Origin: Trichosphaerium sp. ATCC 40318
Taxonomy: Eukaryota; Protista; Tubulinea
Direction of reading: 5' to 3'
DNA: 64,000 nucleotides
Assembly (NCBI GenBank): GCA_038496445.1
Contig: JALMLS010000120.1
Span: 1-64,000 of the forward strand
The position numbers and the translations under genes were made by a program. Numbering within the stretch: the stretch's first letter is position 1; every line of letters starts with the position of its first letter. The notes beneath the pieces are model-generated. The model had not been told where the DNA came from. It did no database searches and saw nothing but the letters and a program-made list of their open reading frames with translations. This document shows positions 24,312 through 37,918 of the stretch, one piece after another.

Positions 24312-24833
24312 AATAAGCGCTGTTTGACTGTGAAATCTGTAAATACTGAAAAAAAAAAAACCGGAAAAAAGTTATCTCCGAAGAGTGTTAGCCTTTCTTG
24401 AGTAAACGATGTACATCAGAACTTCTTGTTCCACAAAATTACGACAATACACAAACAGACTGTATTGAAAATTGTGATACGAACTTACACGTCCGTGGAA
24501 TATTCTTTATTACTTCGCTATGGAATTATGTACTTAACTTACTCAAATATAAAGTATGCTATGGTTCAACAACACAACCAAAAAATTCTACTTTACACTA
24601 ACTTCACGTCGAATACATTTCAAGTTTTTCGTTGACGTGAAGTGTCGCAATAAATACCCATGTGAACCTACACAATGGCAAGTCTTGTAGTTTATTTTAA
24701 GACTCAAGTTGTCAATGTACGTTGATACAGCAGCGTCAGATTCATATTACCAATTCACAGCCTTCTTAATCAGAACAGCGCTATAATTATTCTTCGTATG
24801 TTTAATTATTATTATTAAAGAACAAATTTGCAG

Positions 24834-27370
24834 TTATTTACGTATATAAGATAAATCAGGTGAGCGAGTTTGAGGATGTACGTGATTTGGAGGGGTGTTG
24901 AACTGAGGTCTTTGGTAGTTGCTTTGTACACTATAACCAAGAGGTTGTTGAGGAGGAGCAGAGAAGTTCATTGGAGTATAATGAGGACTAAGAAGAATAA
25001 GAGAACAGAAAACAAAGATTACACCCAAAAAAAAAACCAAACGTACCTTGCTCGGTTAAAATCAGTTGGATGAACATGAGGTCTTCCATATGGTATCTGA
25101 TTAGATCCAGCGTAATGAGGTTGAGGTTGACGTTGAACTTGAGGATTAGAAGGTGGCGGTGTATTATAAGAATTGCGAAGATGATTATTACTATTATTGA
25201 CCTGGAGAGGTTGGCTCGCACCCTGAGAATAAACCCTAAAGTAAAAAAAAATCAGAAAAAAGCTCGTAGTTTACTACAGCTCAAATCGTTCAAATTATCC
25301 AAAGATTTGTTCCCCCAAACCTTGAAAACACCGTGTTTACAAGTGAAATAAAACGTAGTGTTTATGTGCGCGTAGGGGGAAGAAAAAAGTAGGATTTGAA
25401 CGAATAGAACTGAAAAACGCATAAAAGTCATCACGTGATTTTTTTGTAAAAATTGTTGGTTGAGAGTATTCGTTTTGGTAAGAGTTGCTAAGGGTAAACA
25501 ACGTGCCTGGCAATCATTGTGTTGACTTCATCATGTTTTTTACTTTGGAGTAAATACTTGTAAAGGACAGTTAAGTCTTCTTCTACTTTTTGATTGTTTG
25601 AGAGATCTGTGTAATGCCCAAGAACACTCATTTGTTCGTTTTGAGGAAGTGATTGAAGAACACCTTTTATAACCTGTCTAATCATAGCATCAAGTTGATA
25701 AACAAGCTAAAAATAACAGAGCGTAAGAATCAAAAAATCAAAATACACCAAAAACACGAAGCGAAAAAGGTTTTTCGTGAGTAAAAAATAGCCGTACCTC
25801 ACGTGCTTTTGGGCGTTTCATTGGATTAACGTTGACACAAGGTAATACTAAATCAGAAGACTAAATAAAAGGGTAAGTAACAACTAGAAAGATTGACAAA
25901 CGCATGCTTTTATTTGGGAATAAACAAAAAAAAAGTACCTGGAATCGTTGTGGTAGTAAACAACGAGCAGTGCGTTGGTCCCAGTAAGGTAGCTTTAATT
26001 CAAAAATTTCATATAACACAAGACCGAGACTGTATATATCAGCAGAGTAGTCATAGTGGCCACCCATCTTAACCTCTGGAGCCATCCTAAAAACAATGAG
26101 AAAGTTTATAATCAACAATCATTCGAGCTTTAAAAAATATACGTACCACAATGGAGTACCACTGTTTTGTGTCATTAGACATTGTGCAGGTACCTGCTGT
26201 CCTGTCTTACTACCAATTTTACGTGCAGATCCGAAATCAGTGTATTTACAAGAGAAATCAGCAGCAACAAGTATGTTCATAGATTTGACATCTCGATGTA
26301 ATACACCCTCACTGTGAATAAACGCAAGACCAAGACAACAGTGTCTAGCCATACGCATACGATGTAATAAACTTAATTTAGTCTTTTTCCTAGGGAACCA
26401 AAATAAGTTGTCGAACAAATAGCAAGAGAATCAAAGCGACTGGTAAGCAGGTTTTTGTTTTGTTCCCTATTTCCGGAAATACGTACACATGAAGCTGATC
26501 ATAAAGACTTCCATTTGGCATAAATTCCATTACAATTGTAAGTATTTTATTAGTAGTAGCATATCCATAAATCTTAGCTACATAATCGTTCTTGGTCCTC
26601 CTAAAACAAACAATTAAAAAAAAGAATAAGAAATTCTGAAAAAAAAATCAAACTTGCTGTGCGTCGTGCCGCCAAATTATTCTAATAGCTACTTTCATTG
26701 GCCAATATTAAAAATTCACGTGATAGAAAATTCATGAGAAAAAAAAACACTCTCATGAAGATTGCTATTAAAAAATGCTCAAAATAAACCCGTACGCCAT
26801 CAAATCGACTTCTTTCTGCCATTCTGGCACTGCATTAGGTACATGTATTTCTAAATCTTTAATGACCACTTGACCATGAATCCCTGCCGCTGTTCCTTTG
26901 AATACTATACCATAACTACCTAATAAAAGGGTTAAACTAGAAGCCCAAAAAAAAATATTGGCACGTGATCAAAACAAGTAAAACAAAATTCTCCGTTTGC
27001 TCAAAAAACAAGGATTACTTTCACCACATTCATTTAGTTTATTGGAGTTGTACTAAGAAAATAAAACAACAACGCGTTGTGGATTGGTGAGAAAAAAGTT
27101 CTCAATTATTTGCGTAGTGCACGTCACAATCATACTGTTGTCCTTGCAATAATGCGTCGAAAGCAAGAAACAACCCAAACGATGATGTAAAAATAAAAAT
27201 TAATGCCACAAACTAGTTTAGGTTGTGGCATTCGCATTCTCTTTCATATAGCTTGGCGTTGTATGTACCTTTAGCGAGATGTGGAAATTCGCGTTTCAGT
27301 TGGTGTGCAGCGAACTGTATCAATCCTCCTTGGTTTTGTCGTACAGGTTGTTGAGGACGAGCGTCTGTAA
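24834..27370 (-). CDS. TKL-type protein kinase with P/Q/N-rich tail; 5' end uncertain
   Basis: GSYGIVFKG, VVIK, VMEF, LHRDVKSMNIL, DFG, GTPLW|MAPE and DIYSLG. Confidence 0.88.
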
Positions 27371-27813
27371 ACGAAAGATAAGCATACGGGTAACTTTGGC
27401 GGGTATGACGTAAAATACAACAACCACGTCATGTAAACATAAAAAACAAGCTTTTGGATGGAGCTAATGCCGTTTTTCAACAAAACATTCAGCAAGCTAC
27501 AAATAACGGCAACACAAGTGCGCGGTGTAGTTAAACCAAGCGTTAATTTGGGAATTAAAAATCGTACAAGCCATTTTATTCCGTTTAGGCGCTAATGAAC
27601 TAGAGTTGTGCAAGGCCTATGGTTGTAAGCGATGAACGCGTTAACTATTTAATGACTGGCTTTTGACCTTTTCTTGTCGGCTTTTTTGACATTTTGTTGG
27701 GCGACGAACTGCTGAATAATCCCACTAGCGAGGTACACGACCATTATACGTTTTTGAGACCTTAGTGCAAGTGTAACCTTATTTAGAAACGGAGTTGATA
27801 CCAGTTGAAGGAA

Positions 27814-30111
27814 ATGTCATACATACTCACCAGTAGAACGTTGCTTCGTAAGGTAACTTTGTTTTCTGGACTTGTTTACTTGCGATCGTCCTCCCGCTCA
27901 CTCCATTGTAGCCATATCGTAATAAGAATACTATTCGCACTTCCAAACGTCATGTCGCGCATTGGGGCGAGGATAAGCTAACATGGGCCGTGCTTACGCC
28001 TAGGACAATAGGAAAATCAATGCAAGGCGGTGTAGTGACTCGTTTGCTCTCAACGCCAGGTACAAAAACTTTTTAACCAAAAAAGTAGTCCAACTGCTCT
28101 GCATTACTCTTAGCGGCATCATACGCGAAAACGATAGCGCTAACCGTTATATAATGCAATTATTATCGTTTTGCTTATTGGCGACTTTAGGTCTTGAAAT
28201 AGTAGGCGCACGCATGTATGCACCATCACGTACGCTCTAGATTCCTTTTGCTTCAAAAAATAACAGCCCACCAAGAGGAATTTGTTTCAGAGATGATGGC
28301 TGCGCATAACAAGTATTCAGAAGACAAAGAAAACGCTGAAGCAATAAAAGATTTTGTAGAGCTTAACTTTGGACAAGAAAAATCTAATGCACCTTACCCA
28401 AATCACTGCATGCTGTGCTTGCTAAAAGGTACTCATATCCGCTCTTTGCATTACCCCTCTTTTAACAGCATAGAGCGCTTGGCGTTTATGCCATTGGGAT
28501 TTTATTTGCTCGCTTGTCATCCGTGCACAGTCCACACAAACTTTTACGTTTTTTTTGAATATTTTTTTTGTAACTGGAATGTTTAGGTCCTGATGCTCTT
28601 AACACTGTAAATAGTGTTGCCGGTCCTCATTTCCCATCACCTGCAGGATTTGGTATGCCTTTGGGAGACATAGGATGACCATTGCTTTTGCATTCTAACT
28701 TGATGATAGGTCGTACTATTCGTGGTACTTTTGGTGAATATAAAAAAATTGATGGCAAAGTTTTGCGGTTTCAGCCAAGTATATTTGTCCCTGATAATGA
28801 ACGCCTAAATGACGCTTTTCTTGAGTTATTTGGTACTTCATTAGCTTGTTTATTTTGTGTTCTTTGCTAATTGTAATTTAGCCAAGTACGCTGAGAAGGA
28901 CGGAGGGATTTTGGTACGCAATGTACTTTAATACTATGATGTTTAAAATAATGACATTTCCTTTTTTTCTAAATAGTCAAATGAATGGTATGAGAAAAAC
29001 TACCCTGATACAAATGGTAAGCTTTAAAAGAGATAGACGAGTAAATTAATTGTTTTTTTCACCTTTTTTTTTGACTTTTTATGTTTTAGGTGATGGAATC
29101 CTTGATAAACATGAAACATCGCTTGTTATGATAAAACCTGATTCCCTTGAACGACCTTCTTCATTACCTGGACATATTATGGATTTACTTGGTACTTAAA
29201 GAGTTCAATTTTGTTGGCAGTTTTTTTTTAATTCATTTTTTTTTTCAGGTACTACTGGTTTGACAGTTGTTGGTACAAGGCTTATTTCTATGTCCCTAAA
29301 TGACGCCAAAAACTTCTATGGATTTTTGGAGGGTGTATTCGAAAAGAAATTACGTCCAAAAGGCAAGCATGGAGACACTAACGCTTTTTTTCGTTTGACA
29401 ACTATTTTTTTTTTGGTTTCGTTTTTTTTTCTTAAACTTGTTCACGTATTAATGGTGGTTTTAGTTCAACAGACAATTAAAAAGCAGTTAAGTAATGCTT
29501 TCGAGTTTGAAGTTACAGACGAAGAGATTGACTCTGTAACTGATATTTTCCAAAAGAAGAATGCTAAAAAAGAAGTAACGAGCATTATGGAGTATATGTC
29601 TGGGTACGTGATACTTTTGTTTTGGAGCATGTTATCCCATAATATTCTTATTTTTTCTTCATAGATTGGATATAGATAAAGTAACTGATCCTGACGCTCC
29701 AGGTCCAGCTAAATGCTGGGCGTTGTTGTATAGAGGCGAAAAAGCGATATCAAGTACCAATCATCAACTTTTTTTTTGCGGTTTAGTGTTTCTTCATTTA
29801 ACGATTTCTCTACTTAGCTATGAGGAATAAACTTGGCAGTACTGATCCAAATAAAGCTGATGAAGGGTCTATACGTGCAGACTATGGCAAAGATATTATG
29901 CGTAATGGTGCACATGCTAGTGACTCTGAAGAAAAGTAAGTTTTTTTTTGTTTCAGTTTTGCACCTTTTGGTTAAATGGTTTTGTTTTTTGGTTTTAATA
30001 CTTGTGTTCACTAGTGCAATACGTGAGAGAAAGATAATTGGTTTAATGGAAGATACATCTTCATACGAGAAAAAGATAATTAAAAGTTATTTAGATCATG
30101 TAAGCAAGTGA
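27814..30111 (+). CDS. Two-domain nucleoside diphosphate kinase, multi-exon, with a basic N-terminal presequence
   Basis: Domain 2 has SLVMIKPDS and GSTDP..A..GSIRADYG...RNGAHASDS. Domain 1 has GRTIRGTFG but no NxxH motif. Confidence 0.85.
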
Positions 30112-30530
30112 TAAAAACTTGTAAAAAAAAAAAGTCAGAAGAAAGTGTCAAATGATTTACTTTATTTGTTTGTCATGTTAGATTGTTATAACATCATGTT
30201 ACCATTGTTAAATATATTGCTCCTCTGAATCATTGATTCTTTGGTTACATACGACATATTGATAATGTTGCACTGGCAATACCTTCGCACTGACAAATTA
30301 CAAACAATGCTAGTACTATGTTGTGCATAACAATACCTTGTCTACCTGTGGCAATGATAAACAAAGACATAAACAAGAGCAATGTAATTTTAAGTGAAGT
30401 GCACTGTCCATCAAGTACAGTACTTATTATTGCAGTAGCATTTATTTTATGCTGGCGTTGTGGTTACTATATAGATATACACTCGCTTAATCACATCTAT
30501 AGCGGGATACTTTCGCATTAGTACCAATCG

Positions 30531-30884
30531 TCATGAAACCATTATAAGTATTACATCTTCCAGCACTAGGTGTTCTCTGATTGCATCGTTTACCGCAGTT
30601 TTTCTTGCCTGGTATGTGGTCATACTATACTTAGAAGTGAGTCGAAAGTTGAACAGCGTAGACAATGGAGAAGTGCATACGCCATCATAACTCGTTTTAG
30701 GGCAAGATCCCCAAATGTCAGAGCAAAAAGTTCCCGAACCTCCCTCAGTTTTTTCATACAGCCTTGAACACCATTTGCCTATGCACGCTTCTGCCTCTTC
30801 GTCATTTCCTGATACAGGACATGCGAACATAATGAGTACAAAAAGAATAGCCAAGGATAGCGTAGGTAAAGATAAGTTGCTCAT
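30531..30884 (-). CDS. Small secreted Cys-rich protein
   Basis: Hydrophobic signal peptide and 5 Cys in the predicted mature part. Confidence 0.55.
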   Translation of the reverse strand: MSNLSLPTLSLAILFVLIMFACPVSGNDEEAEACIGKWCSRLYEKTEGGSGTFCSDIWGSCPKTSYDGVCTSPLSTLFNFRLTSKYSMTTYQARKTAVNDAIREHLVLEDVILIMVS

Positions 30885-32290
30885 TGTGAGTGATAATAAT
30901 TTTTTGAGTGAAAAGGTGTAGAGAGTTTTTCAAGAGTTTGTCCGATGTAATCCCGATTTCACATAACACGAAACTACACGACTCTCATGACTGTACACGA
31001 GGACCACATACCTAAGGCAAATGTTGCCTGTTGAAATAAGCCAAAACTGGTACAGCGAACAACGTCAGCTGCCTGTTGTATTAAGGAATGTAACAACATC
31101 CGCAAAAAAGGTTGTTATCTTTTTGTAGCACATATAGTGGTTTATTTTTGTGATTGCTTTATTATGTACAGATGTACTAGATGAGGTGTTGAAGGCCTTG
31201 GCAAGTGTGTAATCTATTAAAACCCAGCGTCAATCAAAAAATGCGAGCTAGAAAAATGTACAGTCAATATAGAAATACTACATACACTACCTCTCTACTT
31301 TCGCTACCTTTTAGTAGCACTGTACTGGTAGTTTGCTCTCGCTTGCAAACGCCAAAGTGCCTTAAAATAGGCCCATACTATAGGTTGCTTTGTTGATTTG
31401 TAGTAGCAATAAATAGAGCATCAAACAACGACAGTAAGTAGTCGAGGAATTCGTGATTCATAGCAAGTCTCTGGTTTTTATCAATGGCAAGTATTTGCAA
31501 AATGCTATCAAGGTGAGACTTTTTTTGTTAGAAAATAGTTGTTCTCAACTTGCTGATTTGAACGCGTGATATGTCCGAAAGAGAAAAATCAAGCCGTTAT
31601 ATACCTACAAGCACTGATACGTGGATTACTTGTAAATATATAAACCGAGAAGGTTGAGAAATAGAGTTGTACATTAGAATGACCAACTTTTTTTGTGGGA
31701 TTCCAAAGGATAATGCGTAAATGTTAATACCCGCCCAATACTTCTATGTGTAAACGAAAGCCTAAACTGGGAGTTATCCAGCAGTGCATTATCATTTGAA
31801 TACGAAGTACTAAGACCAACTCGCAACCTTATCACGACAGCAACAGGATAGCAAGCAGAAATCACCCACCTCACCCTCATGGTTGTATAAAAAATATCCC
31901 AGTGTCCTTTTCTTAAACTCACATACGTGGTGTCAAAACACTTCCAGTGCCTCCCTTTTTCGATAAATCCCAAACGCTCGCTCTGCGCTCAAGCTATCTG
32001 TCAGGGACAGATATGTTCCTTTCCTCCCAAAGATCATCTAGCTATCTCAGGTTGGTTGATTGAGGATGTGGTCTAAACACAGACATAATTTCAAAGGGAA
32101 AAGCTATGTACGAATAAAATTTTAAGACGTAAAATGCGTACGTAAGTTTTTTTGCCAGGCAAAAACAAACTGCTTACTTTTTTCACAATGCAAGTTAAAC
32201 TAACCATTTTTTATTAAACTTATACAAGTACTGGCGCTGATCAAGTCAAAAATCCACCCAAAGCCTAGGTACTTTGTTATTCGCAATGCC

Positions 32291-34275
32291 TTAATAACCA
32301 GCCACATCTAGAGCTCTGGACACCATCACATTTTTGAAAACATCACATAAGTTGACAGAGAAGTGAAGAATTGAGTAGTAATGAAAATATGAGTTTGCTG
32401 TAGTCATTGTGCTGCTTTCCTCTTCATCTGTGACTGCTCCTTCATACATATGAGAAGTGAATAATAGCTGTAGGTACTCAAAAATAGAGTCCATTGTGTC
32501 TAGAAAGAAAGCGTTAGCTAAAGAGCTTGGTCCATTCTCAAAATTCAAATAGAAAAGGGGTAAAGGATTACCTTCAGGGCAATCTGGGAACTTCTCACAG
32601 AACTCACTAGGTACTATATGGTCGTCTTTGTAGATAAATATAGCCATACTACAACCTTTAGTTTTATAAAGGATATTACACCACAACGAGAACTCATGTA
32701 TTGATCTGTGTAGTTTTGTGCCGAAGATTGGATCATGTACACGGTATTCACCAAGTACAATGTTGTACATTATTAAACAATCGTTTCCGTATGCAAGTTT
32801 ATCTTGTATGACGTTTTGGAATAGTGTGTGAGACATTGAAGGGTACATAGTCAACCTAGGAAAAATATAAAGACCAATCACATTACAGTTTTTTTTTTTC
32901 CACTTGTACATCATATCAGTACTTGACATATTACTAATATATTCAAGAGGTTTGTCAGTATGTAGGAGTGTACAACACATGTTTTCAATATGTTCTGGTA
33001 TCACTGTGTATTCTTTATCCAGTATCATTGAAGCAGCTCCTTCGAAACTACCACATTGAGATTGTTAGTACTCCAAGAAAGGACAGAAAATACATACTAT
33101 TTGGCTCGCTCATCATCTTCAACATCAATTGTTTCAAGGCCTTCAGCAATCAGTTCTTGAGCAATTGAAGACTTAATTACCTCTGCAAATTTACTCTAGG
33201 TATCACGTGTAAGTTGTGGTGTAAGTGTAAGTTGTGGTGTAAGCTAACAAAGGTGTTCTTCGAACCTCAGGATTGTCTGTTGATGCCTTCAAAGCAACAG
33301 AAAGTGTGTATTTTTGAATACATCTCTTGAACGGAGAAAAGTCTGGTGCCACTATTGACCTTGCAAAACCTCCCATGCACATGTGTATATTGTTTCCAAG
33401 GAAAAGGACATTCATTCGATACTGTTTTTTTTCCCTTTTAAGTATAGAGGAGATTTTTCGGTCAGGTAAGTTTTGATGTTTCATTCTTTTCTTCATGCGG
33501 TTTGTGTGCTTTCGCTTGGAGAGTGTCTTCTGAACCGTGTATGGATTCAAACCGGCTTTATAATACTTGTTTAAGAATGCATATGTGCTAGCTCTGCTCT
33601 TGATAATCAACAGTAAGTCATAAACAGGTAATAGTACAGCGTATCAAAAAATAGACCCAACTTACTCTACTGACTTCGAATAGCCACGTGAACTGACTCT
33701 GGCAATACTTCGAATACGGCTTTGCTGTTTGTGATATCGCAAGAATACATTTGGCATCTAGAAAGCTTATCACGTGCCATACAATCTCGGTTGGGAGCTC
33801 TAAAGAACAAATGAAAAAGGTTATTTCAAACATCAGAGAAGTTGTTGGAATCTCATTCATTACCTGTGAAGTTAGTGAATGTCGTCACCTTGGCGTTTAT
33901 GGAAATGGTATTGGTGGAATTGTGTATACGCTTCTTGTACCGGAGAGATACGAATGGGTCATTGTGAGAGACGATGTATTGATGAACACTAAAAGTTCAA
34001 ACGGTTTAATGTTTGCCCCATTCACAAGAAAACTGTAAAACCGCAAAAAACGTAATTAATGCGTTTGTTGTAGCTTTGAGAACAAAAAACGAGCGACAAG
34101 CTTCACATACTGTTGACATGCTTCCAATATTGATACAGACGCAAAATTAGGTCGTTTACTGACCCGCCAAGCCAATATATCTTCAAGAACCTGTTTTTTC
34201 TAAACAAACGGCTTAGATCCAAGTCTAAAGAGCCAAAACAACCTTTCGCAATACCAAGATGTCGTACGCTTCCAT
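32291..34275 (-). CDS. G-gamma-like / F-box / degenerate G-alpha fusion protein, multi-exon
   Basis: F-box LELPTEIVWHVISFLDAKCILAISQTAK..; G-alpha-like segments in order: KREKKQYRMNVLFLG, AKYF..MILDKEYT, KLHRSIHEFSLWCN, SMAIFIYKDD, KFPDC, DVFKNVMVSRALDVAGY. Confidence 0.65.
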
Positions 34276-34943
34276 TACTTGACTGTGGTTTATGGTATTG
34301 ACTTTATTTGTACACAAGATTTACTACAATTCTACTTCAATTTTAAGTTTTGTCTCTTTTGGGTATTTGCGCCCCTTTGTAACTGCTTTATCACGTGATA
34401 AGCTTTGTTCGTACAGTATATCGCACGTGTTCCTATAAAACATAAGTTACATTTATCGTACCGTTAAGGGAATGTAGTATCAACACCAAACTACCACGCA
34501 ATACGTTCAACAACCTTGTATTTGTTGCTCTACTTTGTGTTACTGGTGCCAAAATATAAGTTCATTGTTTTCACACTGACACATTTGTAGCCACTCACAC
34601 AACGTCGTGGTGTAGTAGAAATTGATCCGGATTTACTGTAAATTGTCAAGAGAAACACGTTTTTATTGTTTTGATCTTAGTCTTGGGAAAGAACATGACC
34701 GAATAGTTTCATTTCGTTGGTTCTTGTCCATTCTACAAGACGTTCAACTTTATCCTTACGGTCTCCGCTCATTTCCAAACCGAGACGCTCAAGACGCTCA
34801 TCAAGACCGTTGGCATCAAGGGTAGAATACTCCCAGATAAGTACCTAAAGAAGAAACCAGTAAACTGCTTTTGTGAATTCCTATTCTGACCAGGCAATAA
34901 GATACATTGTAGTACTACAATTTTTTTTGCTGAACGATTGATT

Positions 34944-36268
34944 TTATTGTATGTTACACCGCTTTCCTTTTACTTTTTTCACTTTTGCGTATGTTGCATG
35001 ACGAATAGCTTCATCAAAAGCATTTTTGAAACCAATACAAGTAAGCGCTGACATTTCAAGATATTTTGCAACATGCCACTTTTGGGCTATACTAAGACCT
35101 TCATCGTACTGTACTGATGAAGGATCTAGAAAAAAAAAAGTTAATGTCGTGTCCAAACAATCAAGTTTTCTTCGTTTTGTATGTCGTACCATCCTTTCTT
35201 AAATCGGCTTTAGTACCAACAAGTAGTATGGGTACGTCTGGTAAGTTTCTTCTGACTTCAGGTATCCAGTTATTGATAGCGTTATGTAACGATTGTCTAT
35301 TAACAAGGGAGAAACAAACCATGATAATATCCTGGTGTTTATACGCTATTTGTCGAAGTCTATCATAATCTGATCCTCCTGGCATATCTACTATAGCAAG
35401 CTGTATTATCTGTCCATCGCACATGATATTAGCTGGGTAACATTCCATGACACTTGGTATCTGAAAGAAAAAAAAAATCAAAAAAAAGAGGTCATTCAGT
35501 AGGTATGGAATTCCATTCAGATTTAAAATGTGACGTCAGTGTAAATCGTACGGTGACTAAATTAACGTCATAAGACTACGTACATATTCTCCAGGGAAAG
35601 CATTGGTTGTATAGCTTATAACAGCGCAAGTCTTTCCTAAACTGAATAAAAAAGTTGTTCACCAAAAGTTTTTTTGACTTTCTCCTTTTTCTTGAACAGA
35701 AAAACAAAAAAATCACGTGCCTACAGCAACATCTCCCACAAGTGCTAGGTTTACTTTATGAGCATACTAGTTTCGGTTTCCATAATGAGTACATACAACA
35801 ATATTTTTAGCGCACGTGACGCACCTGCATGCCTTCTTGAGCCACAATGCCTTTTTCACCAGACCATTTCAGCAACGAAACTTTAAACAACCCTTTTTTA
35901 AAATGATTAGACGACAATCAAAGAAAATGTCAATGGTTTGATACCTTTGTAGTGTTTTTGGTTTTTCATATCCTTGAATCAGATTAGAAACTGTTTAAAT
36001 ACCATTACAGACGCTCACCTCAGGTGATGGAGCCTCCCAGGACCTTACACCAGGGAATTCAAGTATATGGCGTTCCCAAAGCGTATTTTTTGTTGTAAGG
36101 TTCTCCCAATGCCAAGAGACAAAGCACAGTGAACATAAATCGTACCTAGACTCGTTAAAAACGAAAACGGGTTTTTTTGTTGATTCGCCTAACAGCGTAC
36201 CACTCTACATTGGAGAAAACCTCAAGCCAGATTATATCAGGAAGTGTTTCCCACGTTAAACCAGACAT
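34944..36268 (-). CDS. F-box plus Rho/Rac GTPase fusion with CAAX, apparently intact
   Basis: Spliced model: MSGLTWETLPDIIWLEVFSNVEWYDLCSLCFVSWHWENLTTKNTLWERH..., then VGDVAVGKTC, YTTNAFPGEYIPSV, DMPGGSDYDRLR, LVGTKADLR, YLEMSALT and RCNIQ*. Confidence 0.85.
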
Positions 36269-36399
36269 TACGTTTTGGAGGTTTGACAAGTCTTTTTTGT
36301 TCAAGACCTGCAAACGGTCCCTTTGACAGGTCTTTCACTCTTCTATCTGACCTTATATATTTTATAAAACAACACGTGATTATATCCAGGTGAGCTGTA

Positions 36400-37450
36400 C
36401 GATTGGTTCTTTTTACGCAATGTCCACTTGTAATTTCCTGATACCTGTACGATCTATTCTAACTGAAGAAATACCAAGCATGGTAGTTCGACCAGTGTTA
36501 GGATCAACCTGACCCATTTCTGGTGCAAGCTTGTGTATTGAGTAAATACGTGGATACATCACCGCTGTAGCAAGTTCTAAATAGATAATATAAGCAAAAT
36601 AGCATATTCAACACATAATAGCAGTTAAGAGGAAGTATTTGGGATGTCAAAGCGTACATCGGGCATAGATATATATGAGGGTAATGATACCTATAATACA
36701 GCAGATCATGTAAGTATACCGAGTGTAAGAATTTGCATGTCGTACAACCAACAAGGTTGTTTTTATAATAAGTGACTAACGTTTGATTCTAGCCAGTATA
36801 AGTGATGAATGTGATAATGCCTTGCTCTAAAAGGAAAGTTTTAAATTTTCCTATTTTTTTCTAGTTTGTTGTTTGAGCCACAAAGTCATTTTCTTCATTT
36901 AATTCTGTATCGCCATTTTCGACTAGAAATTAGATACAGATTTACCATAGAAGAAGAGGGGCCATTTGTACTTTGTGCAGATAATGCTCATATTGTTGTG
37001 TCGTACGACAATACATTTGATGTGTGCAGAAAAAACTCTTGCAACCCTTCAATCATTCGAATGCTTTACATGTAATTCAATAAAGAAGATCTCTTGATAA
37101 CCATACTGTGGTTCTTAATGCCGTTCAAGGAGAAATAGGTGTTTTCAAACTCGCAATTAGCCGATAATGTCAGCCTATATTCAGGTAATAATTGATCAGA
37201 AATAAAATTTATTCGCTGTGGAAATTGTATCAGAGGCGAGTCTCAAACTGTCCAGACACTACCAGATATGACTTGCATTGTTTTTGTTACCACACTCAAC
37301 CCATTATGCGTACCAAACTTTAAACTCCCATACCAACTGTTTTCTCACTTATCAGGCGAGAAAGGTGACGAACATCAGGATTTTACCTTAAAATGAATGT
37401 TGAAGGCAAATGTGCTTCCGCCACAAATAGTCAATCTATTGTTGTGTTGT
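36400..37450 (-). pseudogene. Degraded Sec24-like fragment
   Basis: VMYPRIYSIHKLAPEMGQVDPNTG resembles the Sec24 C-terminal YPRL motif; flanked by many stops; boundaries approximate. Confidence 0.35.
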
Positions 37451-37918
37451 GACACAACCTTATCGTTGTGTTGTGTATTTGTCATTCTTGTAACAAGTTT
37501 AGAATACAAAGCGGGTGATTAGCAACCATGCTGTTGAAAGAAAATTGTGTATCGATGCTTGAACATATAGTGATTGTGAGATTGGTTGATTCCGTAAGGT
37601 GTGCAGCTTGGTCATTCAATAGCAAAGTGAAAAGGTAGAAGATGATTTTGTTATAGTTGGAATAGTATTTTGACTGTTCTATTGTCGATGGCAGTCACGT
37701 TATTAATAATTAACAATCATCATTAACGAAGTGAACTGCACTTTCTTGCTGAACAAAACGGCTTAACTGGAACATTATTGCGTAATTGCAAAGCCTGGTA
37801 AAAGTCTACAATATTAAATAATAATATTGATAACTTGACTGCCGTCGACAATAGGAACAATAAACACATTACCACAAACAAGCAAATGTAGTTTGGTAAT
37901 TTTTTATTTTCAAAGATT

